Counted from the stretch's first letter, positions 13,135-26,317 are shown. The stretch: DNA of 64,000 nucleotides from Octopus vulgaris (GCA_951406725.2 OX597816.1:76756001-76820000); one strand, 5' to 3'. The notes: a model not told the origin generated them from the letters alone. Program-made: numbers and translations.

Positions 13135-13399
13135 GAACAGCGGGAACGTTTAAGAGAACACCGGGAACGTTTAAGAGAACACCGGGAACGTTTAAGAAAC
13201 ACCGGGAACGTTTAAGAGAACACTCGGAACGTTTAAGAGAACACCGGGAACGTTTAAGAACACCGGGAACGTTTAAGAAACACCGGGAACGTTTAAGAGA
13301 ACACCGGGAACGTTTAAGATACACCGGGAACGTTTAAGAGAACACCAGGAACGTTTAAGAGAACACCGGGAACGTTTAAGAACACCGGGAACGTTTAAG
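13134..13399 (+). repeat. tandem array, 13 copies of a 19-21 bp unit AGAACACCGGGAACGTTTAAG
   Basis: Counted directly; units abut with no spacers. Confidence 0.95.
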
Positions 13400-16300
13400 A
13401 TGTAAGAACGATAAAACAGTGCTCAGAAACCTATCCACAAACATCGAAAACAAAGACATCGTATGGAGCCAAAAATTTACTAACAAAGGACTGGACTATA
13501 TCCGAGTAAGTAATACTCATTCAAATTTATTACTAGTTTCGAAACGAAATGATGTATTTTAACTCAATATCATCTCCACCTCTAATACAACACATGTAAA
13601 CATGTGTGGCACATTACGATCCATCAACACCAGATCATCCCCGACCCCAAACACCATGTACAAAAAAACTACGAAGAAATTAAATAACACCGATATTATT
13701 CAACCCAAGAATAACAATCGGGAAGTACGTACTTTAAACTTACAACACAAAATGTACGAAAAACTACACGTGCAAAACAATGTGACAACAGAAATGAACG
13801 GACCGGTACCCTACGAAAATGACGACCGTCAAAATAATGGGCCGGACGTTGTTCCTCATGTCCCGCAAATAAAACCCAAAAGACATAAATGGACACGTGA
13901 GGAATACATTTCTATCCTACACGCTTACTTCACAGCAGTGCTGTACCCAAAAAAATGAAAACACAACAAAACATACATATAAAATATGGAAGGAAAATAA
14001 CTTAAATATAGACTTGGATACAGCAATGAACCCTAATAAACTAGGAAACGTATGAAGATACATTCTCAACGAAAAAGAAATATCAGAAATAGAAATAGAA
14101 CATCTAAAAGAAAAAATACATCAGGAAAATGTAGATAGAAGCCAAACAACAATGCCAAATAATATAAACACTGAAACAGTAAAACACGAAGACAAACGTA
14201 ACATTCCCAACAAACACGATGTAAATAAAAAACAACAAACCCAGACCGTAAGGATGCATGATGATACACGACAAACAGCAAGCCAAAACACGACAAACAA
14301 ACATACGAACGTGAAAAAAAGTGACACAAATTTAAAACCTGGAAACAACGAAGATTATGATACTATAAAAAGTAGAATAACCAAAGAACTGAAAAACACA
14401 GATCTCAAGATGGACCGCCGACCATACCTCCCAAAAATCAAAATAGACGAAACAACAACATCAATTATAAACAGCATAAGCCTAGCCGTCACGGAACTAA
14501 TAGCCACTGAAACAAAAAGCGATATCACTGATCTAAATGATCTAGTATACGCAGCAGCCACTGCACCCACAAAAGAAGCTGGATACTCACTCAAATCCAT
14601 CCAAACAGGAGTACCACCACCCAAACAAACCCTGTGGATAAATAACATCCAAAACAAAATACAAAAAATGAGAAAAGATCTGTCGATTCTTAATGAAATC
14701 AGTAGACAATCAACGCTACTGAGCAACAAAAAGAAAATAAAAATACTCCGCAAATACAACATCACAGAAAAAGATTTACCTGAGATAAAAGAAAAAGATA
14801 TCCTTGCCAAAGCACAAAGGATCCACCGGTACGAGAAACGCCAGCGCTTCTTTGAACAAAACAAAAAGTTCAACTCCAACCCCAAAAAGTTCTACCAAGC
14901 ACTTGGCAAAAATAAAATAGAAATCACTGCAGCACCAACGGCAGAAGAAGTGGAAGAATTCTGAAGAGAAATATGGTCGGCGAACGAACAACCAAAAAAA
15001 AGGAGTATTAAAACAACAAACTCAGCATCTGAGCAACTTTGGACCCCCATAACAACTGAAGAGGTCACCCAGGCACTGCAAAGGCTAAGCAACTGGAAGG
15101 CACCTGGGCATGACAAGATCCCCAACTTCTGGTTGAAATATCTAACAGGAATGCACAAAAAGCTAGCTGAAAACTTTAACAACATACTAGCAGAGCCAGA
15201 GACAATGCCAGAATGGCTCACGAAGGGGAAAACCATCTTAATTCCCAAATCAAATGAGACAGCAAAACCAGAAAACTACAGACCAATAACCTGTCTCCCT
15301 ATAATGTACAAGGTATTTACTGCAGTGATATTGCAAAGGTTGAACAAGCACCTGGACGAAAACAACCTGTTTCCAGAAGAGGAGAAAGGATGCCGCAAAA
15401 GTCATATGGCTGTAAAGATCAACTAATGATTAATAAAGCCATAACTGAAGACAGCCACAGAAAGAAGAAAGGCCTCAGTATGGCCTGGATCGACTACAAA
15501 AAGGCGTTTGAGAGCACCCCCCACACATGGATCCTAGAAACACTAGCCATTAACAAAGTAGCACCAATAATTATAAAATTCATAGGACACTCTATGAATA
15601 AATGGCAAACAGTGCTACAGCTCCAAACAAAAGAGGGACTCATGAAAACCAAAGCCATCCCCATTAGAAGAGAGGAATATTCCAGGGAGACACGCTCTCT
15701 CCACTCCTTTTCTGCTTGGCACTGTCACCTCTATCTGATATGCTAAATAGAACTGGATGCGGATATAAATGTTACGGCAAAACGACCAGCCACCTTTTAT
15801 ATATGGATGACCTAAAACTATACGCTGCAAATGACAAACAGCTGGAAACACTATTAAAACAGTTCATGGATTTACCAAAGAAATAGATATGAAATTTGGA
15901 TTAGAAAAATGCGCCAAAGTAACCCTGAACAGAGGAAAACTAGTTAAGAGTAGCAAAATCATACTAGATAAAACCAATGAAATAAAAGAATTAGACCGAA
16001 GCCAAACTTACAAATACTTAGGAATCCATGAACTAAATAAGACACAACACACACAAATGAAAGAGAAAATAAAAGAAGAATATTATAGACGAGTTAGATC
16101 AATACTGAAAACAAAGCTCAATGCTAAAAACAAGATAATAGGTATTAACACTTTAGCTGTCCCAGTTATAAGTTACAGCTACAATATCCTTAACTGGACA
16201 CTAAATGAACTGAAAACAAGAAAAATAATGACAGGATCTAGGATGCATCACCCAAAATCTGACATAGAAAGACTGTATATACAACGTATAGAAAGTGGTA

Positions 16301-17457
16301 GAGGCCTTATGCAGCTGGAAAACTACTATAAAATAACCACCATAGGACTGCAAAAATATCTACTCCAGAAGGAAGGAAAACTGATACAAATAGCGGCAAA
16401 ACACGAGCAAAACAAAAAACTGTTCTCAGTATTTAAGGAAGCTGACAAATACAAACAAGAAATCATACCACCTAACAAATATGAAGAAGAAAAAGAAGAT
16501 GAAGAAGCAACAACTGCTATAAAACAAATGAAATCCAAACTAAAACTAGAACAGCAAAGAACCATGATAAAACGATGGCAAGAAAAGCCCCTTCATGGTA
16601 AATACTGGACTAAACTAAATGCAAAAGAAATTGACAAAGAAAATTGACAAAGAAAAATCCCAGCAATGGTTGAGAAGCTCAGGACTCAAAGCAGAGACAG
16701 AGGGATTTTTAATCGCAGCACAAGACCGAAGCCTCCCCACCAGAAATTACCAAAAACATGTAATGAAAAGAAATATAACTGCAGTAACCGCAGAATATGT
16801 GGAGATGGACAAGAAACAATAAATCATATTATCTCTGGCTGTCCAGTCCTGGCTAAGAAGGAATATATTCACATACATGACAGAGTTGGAACCTACATAC
16901 ACTGGAAGCTATGCCAACATTATGGAATAACAACAGAAAAAGGATGGTATATGCACACACCAGAAAAGGTGACAGAAAACGAGAAAGCAACCATACTCTG
17001 GGATATGCCGATACACACAGATAGAGAAATTAAGGCCAACAGACCAGATATAGTTGTCAGCGATCATGAAGAAAAAAAATGCTTCCTAATTGATGTATCA
17101 ATACCGGCAGATGACAACGTTTCTCTAAAAGAAATGGAGAAACTTTCAAAATACAAAGACCTGGAAATAGAGGTAACCAGAATCTGCAATCTAAAAACAG
17201 AAACAATTCCTATCATAGTAGGTGCATTAGGCATGATAAAAAAATATTCAGACAAATACATTACAAAAACACCAGGACCTACAAACACATATAACATACA
17301 GAAAATTGCACTACTAGGCACTGCACACATCCTACGCAGAACACTTTCCATACAATAACCATGAGAGTATCACAACAAATCACAGCACATACCCAAGGCA
17401 TACAGAGCTGCGCTCGGTAGTGAAGTGAAAGCACGCTATAAAAATAAAACGACTGAA
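13134..17457 (+). mobile_element. near full-length R4/Dong-clade non-LTR retrotransposon (RT + C-terminal restriction-like endonuclease), inactivated by frameshifts and stops
   Basis: N-terminal KRHKWTREEY motif; RT motifs WKAPGHDKIPNFWLK, NYRPITCL, WIDYKKAF, GIFQGDTLSPLLF, YMDD (15800), YKYLG; zinc knuckle RICG..ETINHIISGC; RLE motif NRPDIVV..IDVSIP..K..KY; stop at 17358, short 3' UTR, then (TAA)n. A 13-bp duplication at 16628-16653 causes one frameshift. Confidence 0.93.
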
Positions 17458-17922
17458 TATTAATAATAATAATAATAATGATAATAATAACAACAACAAC
17501 AGTAATAATGGTAATAATAATATATACGGAGCTTATAATATATTCACACACACACACATGTACACAGATATACACATACACTCACACACACACACATACA
17601 TTTACAATGTGCATGTTTTATTAATGTATCGGCGGTAGGAACGGGATGCTCGAAGGTTATTGTGCATGTGTAAGATCGCGTGCCGTTCTATCCCAAAAAC
17701 GATCGCCCCCACCTACACTTTTCTACTGTGGCCTCCTGCGGGAAAATAACTAGTATCAATGTTCTTTTTGTCCAATGCAGTATAACACGTAAGAAGAGTT
17801 ACGTCTGAATAAAAGATTTGTTCCGACTTGATACATTCACAAACGCGCGCACGCGCGGGCAAACATGCGTGTGTGAATGTGTTTGTGTGTGTTTATATAC
17901 ATGCATAGATGCATGTACATAG

Positions 17923-17993
<71 letters not shown>

Positions 17994-18106
17994 TGTGTGT
18001 GCGTGCGTGTAATTCCCGTCCGGTAAGAGTTCGTCTACTTTCTCGTTTGCTCCACTTTCGTCTATTTCTTTTGTATTCTTTGTGCTTCTCACTCAACTGC
18101 TTCTCG

Positions 18107-19835
18107 TTACATGCATGTTTCGGGAGTGGCCATGGAAACGAGAATGGGCCCCAACTATGCGAGTCTGTTCGTTGGCTACGTTGAGGCCCAAATATTCTCA
18201 AGTTTCCCTGGTCCCACTCCCGAACTATATAGCCGTTATATTGACGACTGTATCGGTGCGACCTCACTCTCTCGCCAACATCTAGACTCCTTCCTCTCTG
18301 TTGTCAAATCTTTCCATCCTGCCCTCCTCTTCTCCTGCACTATCTCTGACACCGCTGACTCCATTCTTGACACTTCGGTCAGCATTCATCACTCCACTCT
18401 CACCACCACCATCCACTACAAACACACAGACTGACACCCATACCTCAACTTCTCCTCCTCCCACCCTAAATACACCAAACTTTCCATCCCCTATTCCAAT
18501 TCCTCCGCCTGCGCAGGCTCTGCAGTGACGACCATGACTCTGAGAGTCAGTCTCAACTCATGGCTCGCCACTTCATCCTACGTGGATATCCCCTCAACAC
18601 TTCTTCACAGCGCCCTTGCAAGAGCACTTCCGTGGATCGTGTCTCCCGTCTCCTGTCACCCGTTTTGCCTCACCTACTACCCCAACACCCTACCTCTCCT
18701 ACGCACCATTCTCCGGGCCTTCCGGCGACTCCAGTCCGACCCCTCCACTTCGCACATCTTCCCTAACCGACCCCTCCCCTCCTTCAAACGAGCCCACAGC
18801 CTATGAAACCTCTTGTTTCACAGCTTCTTCCCTAACCCAACCTCCCAAACGGGCTCATTCCTCTGTTCCCGCCCACGCTGCCGCACTTGCCCTTACCTCT
18901 ACAACACCACCCTCCTCACCGGCACCCATTATCTACCCTATCACATCACTGATTCCTTCACTTCCAATGTCATCTACTGCATCTACTGCTCTCTCTGCCC
19001 TTCTGTATACATCAGGCAAACGGGACGTCGCTTGACTGACCGGTTCACGGAACACCTCCAGTCTCGCGCCATTTCTGCCCTACCAGTCACTCTTTGCAAC
19101 ACCTGTCTGTGTTCGGATTGTCCTTGCACAGGGGCCATCCGGACTCCTGTTTGCGACGTGAACAGAGATTAATCTTCTCTCTTCGCTCCTTTGCGCCACA
19201 TGGGCTCAACTCTCCTTCCTTCTTCCTCTAAACTCCTCTCCTCTCTCCTCTCACACTTCCTTCCACCCACCTCTCTTCTCTTGCTCCGACACGTACTTCT
19301 TCTCTTCACTCCTACTCTCCTTCTCTCTTCTCTTCACTCCTACCCACCTTCTCCCTTCCACCTTCATCGTCACCCCTCCCTCGTAATCCCACCCCACCCT
19401 TACACAATACAACCCCACCTTCCCTATCCATCCCATCGTACACATTCCCACATGCCCCACCTCTACCCCCACTCTCAGCCTATCCACATACCCCACATCT
19501 ACTCCCAACCATAACCTAACTCACACTCCTCCCTTACTTTCCCCACTCTCCCCTCCCTTACTTTCCCCACTCTCCCCTCCCCCACCTCCCAACACCATCA
19601 CTCCACACCACACACCACTACACCATATCTCCCCTTCTTCCTAACTCTCCTGTTTGACCCCCTCTGTCCGGCATTCGCCATGATAGATCGCTAGCCACTA
19701 CACATTCTTTATTTTCTCTCCATTCTCTCTGTGGAAGAGCGTAGGCTCTAACCGTTAAAGACTTTTCCACTTTCCGAGCGTTAAACTAATACATCTGTTT
19801 GTTGTCTACACCACCTGTCTTCATCTTTTTTCTGA
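18107..19835 (+). mobile_element. 5'-truncated Penelope-like element (Neptune-type RT + GIY-YIG endonuclease), degenerate
   Basis: GVAMETRMGPNYA, RYIDD, YKHTD.HPYLNFSSSHP, SIPYS, linker CSRPRCRTCPY and NVIYCIYCSLCPSVYIRQTGRRLTDRFTEHL, followed by a C-rich 3' UTR and a pLTR end shared with 7087-7230 and 22875-22965. Confidence 0.9.
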
Positions 19836-19841
19836 ATTCTT

Positions 19842-19893
<52 letters not shown>

Positions 19894-21076
19894 TCTCTCT
19901 CTCAATATATATATATATATATATATATAAACACATGTAGAAACATAATTATGTACATTTGAGTGTGTTTTAATGAGCTGTATTTCTTTGTGGAAATGTG
20001 CATGCATCTTTTTCGTTTGTGCAGCTTTTCAATGTATGAAGCTGTACATTTTTTAAGGCAGTAATGATTGAAAAACAGAATGTAGTGTCCTATTTAAAAA
20101 GCAATTTATTACAACCAAGTGTCTGTTAAGTTCCCAATTATAATAAATGTTTCAGGAAAAGTGCATTGATCAAGGAAACTGGAAAATAACTATGAATCTG
20201 CCATTATCTCTTCGAATAAGAAAAACAGGAAAGAAATGTTAATAAAAGAAATCTTGTCATGGTACATTACACTTCACGGTGAAATGAGTTATATTTGTAT
20301 GCAGTACAGTCCAATTTGTGTAACTAGCCAAACAATTATTTTAGTAGTGTAAGGACAGGGTTTAAAGTGATTAATTAATGTCGTTATTCATAGTTCCTAC
20401 AGAGCAAGTGAAAGATAATAATGATCTTCATATGAAATTATGGGCGGTGTTTTGTAAAACTAGTGTTGTCTTGTAAAATATATCCAGATTTTACACACAG
20501 AAATATATACGAATTTTCTAAGACGTGTGTGTAATCTCTTGACAGAACAAACATATATTTTAACATTAACACTACAAGGCAAGCTCGTTTCGGAAATTTT
20601 TTTCCAGTGCTTGATTTGCATATAATGCATCGGTGCCAGAGGAACGAAAACTAATGTTCTTCTCAACGAGATTTCAACTGCAACTTATCTGCACAGAATA
20701 AGGATTTTTTTTCCTTTATCGATCTAAACAATTCTCTCAAGTCAGCAACCTGGAAGAATCTTAATTACGTCAGTCAAAATACTTAATGATATTTTTATCA
20801 GCTTTTTTCCCACTGAGTGCAAATCCCGCTGAAGGGAACTTTGCACTTCAACCCATACGGGTTGATAAAATAATGTAGCAGTCAAATACTGATAGCCTAA
20901 ATCCCTTCCTTCCGAATTGCTGACTTTGAACTCTGCAAAGGACCGACATCGCGTTCACGGGAATCTTTTCTCCTCGGTTGTTTGTGCGTCATGAAAATCA
21001 AGTAACCGATATAATGAGTTCTGGGGCTCGAGAAAATACTATTATTATTATTATTATTATTATCATTATTATTATT

Positions 21077-21574
21077 GAGTGAGAGAGCAGTGCATGCTAT
21101 CAAAGTGACACTGGGATAAAATATACGAAGCCCAGTATACCCATCATGACTACCCGTCTGATAAGGGTACACCAGGCACGTGCATCACAACCATATGTTC
21201 GCGACATGATGATCTCAGATCAAGATAAACAGCTCATGACCTTGCAGGTGGGGCCGAGTAAGAATTTTTTTCTGGTCGAGTAACACATCCCGCTCAAAAG
21301 GTCCCTCAATAAGGGTTGTTTAAGGATGTTGAACGGAACACCCATGTTTCCAGAGGTGAACTATTCAAACCCCAAAGAATCCCTCTGAACACATGGCTAT
21401 GATGCTCCCCCACTACTTCTGCTCGTGATCAAAGTAGCACATATCGTCAGCCACTAAGGGACATGCTCAACTGGTTAAGGTCAAACAACTGACAAGCAAA
21501 TCTGTGGTATTGAGCAGAATATTTGCTGTAGCCCATCTTTTATACCAAGACAAAACAATGTACATGATAACACT
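21077..21574 (-). mobile_element. non-coding interspersed segment between two (TTA)n tracts, probable 3' UTR of a TAA-targeting LINE
   Basis: Bounded on both sides by (TTA)n, adjacent to the Dong-type fragment; no ORF; strand and identity are inferred. Confidence 0.45.
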
Positions 21575-21582
21575 TATTATTA

Positions 21583-21657
<75 letters not shown>

Positions 21658-21660
<3 letters not shown>

Positions 21661-22270
21661 GTTTCACTTTTGCTTTACATTTGCACAAGCTGGCTCCAAG
21701 TCTCACCCAGAGACCTCAAGAGACAACAAGTCGGAAGTTCATGCTGGTGTTATGCCTAGGGTGCCATATATTTGGTATTGTACTTAGTGTTTTTCTAGTG
21801 AATGCCTAAAAACCCATACTAAAATTCTGTGTTTTAAAACTTGGGATTACATAGAAAGTATTTTGCGTAGGATATGAGCAGTTCCCATGAGCACTATCTT
21901 TTGAATTTCCGACATTTTTGGGTTTCCTGGTATCTGAGTTAGGTAGCAATCAGCCCCTTTTGCTATCATTCCCAGGGCACCTATGACAACAGGTATTGTT
22001 TTAATCTTCAGGTTCCACATTTTGCTGATTTCTATTTCCAGATCTTTATATTTGCTCAGTTTCTGGTAGGTCTTGACAGATACGTTTATATCAATTGGAA
22101 CAGTCATATCAATAAGGAGGCATGTTTTTTTGCCTGAAGTACTTTACTATGATGTCTGGCCTATTCGCGTCTATCTTTCTGTCAGTTTGAATGGTGAAGT
22201 TCCAGAGGAGTGAGATGTGGTCATTTTCAAGCGCTAGAGGTGGTTTGTGTTCCCACCAATTTTTATCATT
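21658..22270 (-). mobile_element. 5'-truncated R4/Dong-type element (RLE end + 3' UTR), second subfamily
   Basis: DKNWWEHKP..LWNFTIQTDRKIDANRPDII..KLSKYKDLEIEI..IPVVIGALG..IQKIVLMGTAHILRKILSM* is homologous to 16940-17358; the 3' UTR differs; flanked by (TTA)n on both sides. Confidence 0.9.
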
Positions 22271-22272
22271 GC

Positions 22273-22337
<65 letters not shown>

Positions 22338-22544
22338 CTTTCGCCTGTCATCTGGCGGAAACCATAATGATTCCTGAAACTGGCATCTCAAAAGCAGCGA
22401 CATATGTTGGAAAATAGACTTAGTTCACTATCGCACATGTGTTACTTCTTTTTTCGTTTCCAGAGGGTTGAAACGAAGTCGATTCAAAACACAAATTGAT
22501 TTCCGTAAGTGAAACTAAGCATGATAGCATGATTTTGTTTTAAA

Positions 22545-22745
22545 TAATCCTTTCTACTGGAAGTACAAGGCTTCAAATTTGGAAAGGATTAAGCCCATTG
22601 CATCGGTCGCAGTACATAAAAGATACTTATTTAATCGACCCCGAAAGGATGATAGGCAAAGTCGACCTTGGCGGAATTTGAATTCACTACATAGCGGCAG
22701 ATGAAATACCGCTAAGCATCTCGCCTGGCGTGCTAGCGATTCTCT
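22545..22745 (-). mobile_element. SINE family A
   Basis: atcgaccccgaaaggatga..ggcaaagtcgaccttggcggaatttgaa is the reverse complement of the 42544 copy. Confidence 0.8.
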
Positions 22746-22965
22746 TCTAAATACTATTTGATAATAACATAAGTAATAAAAAATTTGGAGAAGGTTAGCC
22801 GATTAAGTTCATGTGTGGTTGACTATAGCCTTTTTTTATACATTTCAGGAAAGATTAAAGGCAAGAAGACATTTTCACTTCTCGAGCTTTATACTAATAC
22901 ATCTGTTTGTTATGTACACCACCTGTCTTTGTCTTTTGTTTTTTTGTGAATTCTCCTCACCCCCC

Positions 22966-23063
<98 letters not shown>

Positions 23064-23092
23064 TTATATATAATATATATATTTATATATAG

Positions 23093-23162
<70 letters not shown>

Positions 23163-23384
23163 GGGAATATGATTCCAAACTTACAGGGAAAATTCAATTT
23201 AGTAATACTAAATCAAATTTTACAATATATAATACATGTATATAAATTAGAGAAGAACCACCATGAAGCAATTCAACAATGATATACTTATATCTTACCA
23301 TATAGAAAAAAATTAAAGATACGATAAAACATTTACATAAAACTAAATATAGTACTAAATAATAAATAGTATATAATTAGTAAA

Positions 23385-23469
23385 TAGACTACACTTGTTT
23401 CGTGGCTATATTTTCAAATTGATAGCAATAAAATCAATTCAATTTAAATATAGTCACTCATCAGATCAA
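23385..23469 (-). ncRNA. type I minimal hammerhead ribozyme candidate in a Penelope-like terminal repeat
   Basis: Minus strand: gat-CTGATGA-gtgactatattt...aaatatagccac-GAAA-CAAGTG-TA-gtc. Core intact, 12-bp stem II with one mismatch. Confidence 0.65.
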
Positions 23470-23605
23470 AGATAAAAACAATATACGTATATTTATTTAA
23501 TTATTTTATTGTTTTTATCTTAGACCTGATCCGTTGTGCTAACCATTTTGCCGGCTCGTCACCTTATTTTTTGACAGCAATATTAATATCAGGTCTAAGA
23601 AGACG

Positions 23606-23812
23606 ACCCGGCAGAATCGTTAGCACACCCGACAAAACGCTAAGCGACATTTCGTCCGTCTTAACGTTAGGAGTTCAAATTCACCAAGGTCAACTTTGCC
23701 CTTCTTCCTTGTAGGGGTCGATAAAATATGTACCTGTTGAACGTTAGGGTCGATGTAATCAGGTTCCTCCCTCATCCAAAACTGTTAGCCGTGTGCCAAA
23801 ATTTGAAACCAC
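23606..23812 (+). mobile_element. SINE family A
   Basis: ggcagaatcgttagcac..gagttcaaattc..ggggtcgataaa. Confidence 0.78.
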
Positions 23813-24624
23813 TATCCAGTTATGTACTGGTTCTATTCACTAACTAAACATAACCTTCTCTCAAATCATAATCCATATCGTCTCATTAAACGAAGAAGAG
23901 AAACTTATCATCTTGACAAGAAGACTAATCTGTTGCCGTAACCATTTTGTTTTTGATCAGTAGCAGGAATTACTATTATGTTGCAAATTACCGAATCGTT
24001 CATTAATTGCCACAGTACGGCAGCTGCTGTCATTCGAGGCTGCGATTTTTCCTTGATTGAAGTACATATTGCCACTTGTGTGGACTCCTGTTTGGAGTTC
24101 ACACAACTTCCGACAACCTCCAACACCGGAAATACTGGTTAATTCTCTTCTCTTCTATCCACTCACGCATATCTACAAAGGACATATTCAAACGATATTT
24201 GTCTTCCATAAATGTACGTTTATGTATATATATATATATATATATATGCGTGTGTTTGTGTGTGTATTTATATACATATATATATATATATGTATATATA
24301 CATAAGTATATATATATATATACATATGTATATATGTGTGTGTGTGTGTAAATTGGGAAAAGAGTTAGCTATTTAAGAAGAGAGAAATACTTTATATAAA
24401 GGTAGTCTGTAGTCTGTATATTCAAGTGCCGCTTGTCTCAGAGCTTTTTCATACATTATTCTTTATAGAAGCCATAAAGAAGACGGCAATCAAGTTACAT
24501 TCAACCCATCATATACGTTGAAGTGCATATATTTTTAATACGTCGATACTTTGATGAGTCTCGGCTAGAATTGACCCAGACCGTGATTAACTTGTTGGCA
24601 CTACCTGGAGAAGACATTTAATGA

Positions 24625-24790
24625 CGTTTCATAGTACAGAAACACTTTGGACACCATAACCCTTTCCGGGTGTAGTTGGTTTATCTGGAATTTGCTGGAA
24701 GTATTCATCCAGAAACCATTTGAATACTATGACACCTTTTTCTTCTCTTATGTGTCTTGAAATAATGTTAAAGATAGCAAGGTTAGTAGA
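24625..24790 (-). mobile_element. CR1-group LINE 3' end fragment
   Basis: AIFNIISRHIREEKGVIVFKWFLDEYFQQIPDKPTTPG resembles the ORF2 C-terminus of CR1-like LINEs. Confidence 0.6.
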
Positions 24791-25369
24791 GGAAAAAGGA
24801 AAAAAACACATCATCAACATCTAAACAATTGCTGAAATGTTAATCTAGATACGATTATTGTATATATGTGTAAATGTCAATGTTTCTTCGTGTATATTTT
24901 TATACCGTTCTAAGCATTGTTGTCGTTTACATAGTGCCATTGCAATCCAAAAACATCCGTCTAATACATTACAACATAATTGCTTCTAAAACATTATTTG
25001 ATCTTCAGACGCTTAGAATTCGCCAACATTTATGTTCTAGTTTCTGATTTGAAAGTTCTCTGTCGCATTTTCTTTCGAAATAGATTGTTTTCGTCAGTAT
25101 AAATATTTGTTTTAAGAAATTTGGAATCTCCTATTATTTTAGCTAATTATGACAAACATTCATGCGCAGTTTTCTTATCGATCGATCCATATTCATTATG
25201 ATGTTTGATAATATGGCGGAGCTTCAATTATTTTCAATTTTCACTTCATTCTTTACTTTTCGAAACATGGGTATTGGTGTTTATTATCTGGTGGATCTCA
25301 TTTGGATCAACTCAACTGTGATACAGTACACACACATATATAAATATACACACATATATACATATATCT

Positions 25370-25593
25370 TTATTGGCCACAGGAGGCTAAAGATAGTGGA
25401 GACAAACAAGGACAGACAAAGGGATTAAGTTGATTACATCGAACCCAGTACCTAAATGGTACTTATTTAATCGACCCCGAAAGGGTGAAAGGCAAAGCTG
25501 ACCTCGGCGGAATTTGAACTCATAACGTAATGGCAGACAAAATACCACTAGGCATTTCGCCTGCCGTGCAAACGATTCTGCTAGCTCGCCGCC
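25370..25593 (-). mobile_element. SINE family A (full length)
   Basis: Reverse complement of the 42544-42770 copy including its 3' tail. Confidence 0.85.
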
Positions 25594-25668
25594 CTTTTAT
25601 CACTCTATCTATCTGTCTATCTCTCACTCTCTTTCAACCCCTCTCTTTCTCTCTCTATATATATATAT

Positions 25669-26175
25669 GACCTGGGTAGAGACAAAAGGAGCCACTCCCA
25701 ATTCCTTCTTCCTTGACCTTAAACACTACTAAAACACTACTAAGCCCTACAGTAACACGCAAAGATTAACAGCCACAACCACCCACACATACACACACAC
25801 ACGCACACACACACACACACACGTGTTATCATTGCACACATACACATATACACACACACGCACACGCAGACCTTCGCGCACGCACATATCCACACTTACA
25901 CACACATACCTCCTGTTGCATTCTCCTGTCTTTGAAAGAACTTTTCTTCACCCATTTCCTTCCGGTCATTCAAAATGTGACGGCGTGTGTACCGTTGGCG
26001 ATTTTTTCCTCTGTCTTCCCTTCTCTGGATCTTTCCTTCTCCTATGTTTCCGACGAAGAGCTACGCTCGAAACGTTAAACCCTCCTTCTTTCCTTCTTTC
26101 CTGAGCGTCCAATAATACTATATTTGTTCCACGTCCTCGCGTTGTTGTGTTTTTTGTGCTTTCTTGTTTGGTTGT
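25669..26175 (+). mobile_element. Penelope-like element terminal fragment containing a minimal hammerhead-like motif (26046-26080)
   Basis: Same layout as the 19400-19835 PLE end (CA-rich UTR, HHR-like motif, cctgagcgtccaataatac, T-rich tail). Confidence 0.6.
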
Positions 26176-26317
26176 AAACACATAAATGTGAAACAAGGTG
26201 GAAAAAGAGTACTCAAATACCAGTGGTAGAGTAATATGCTTTATTTTAAGCAGCAGCTTTCGTTTCAGACAGTTTTTGCTAGCAAAAATGATAACAGAGT
26301 AATTTTGTTGAATTTTC

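Noticed and set aside
13134-13399. CRISPR-like array
   Set aside because: Units are contiguous with no unique spacers, there are no cas genes and the context is eukaryotic
19725-19760. Hammerhead at the end of the Neptune-type PLE as a functional ribozyme
   Set aside because: GAAA is mutated to TAAC; kept only as evidence for the family core variant
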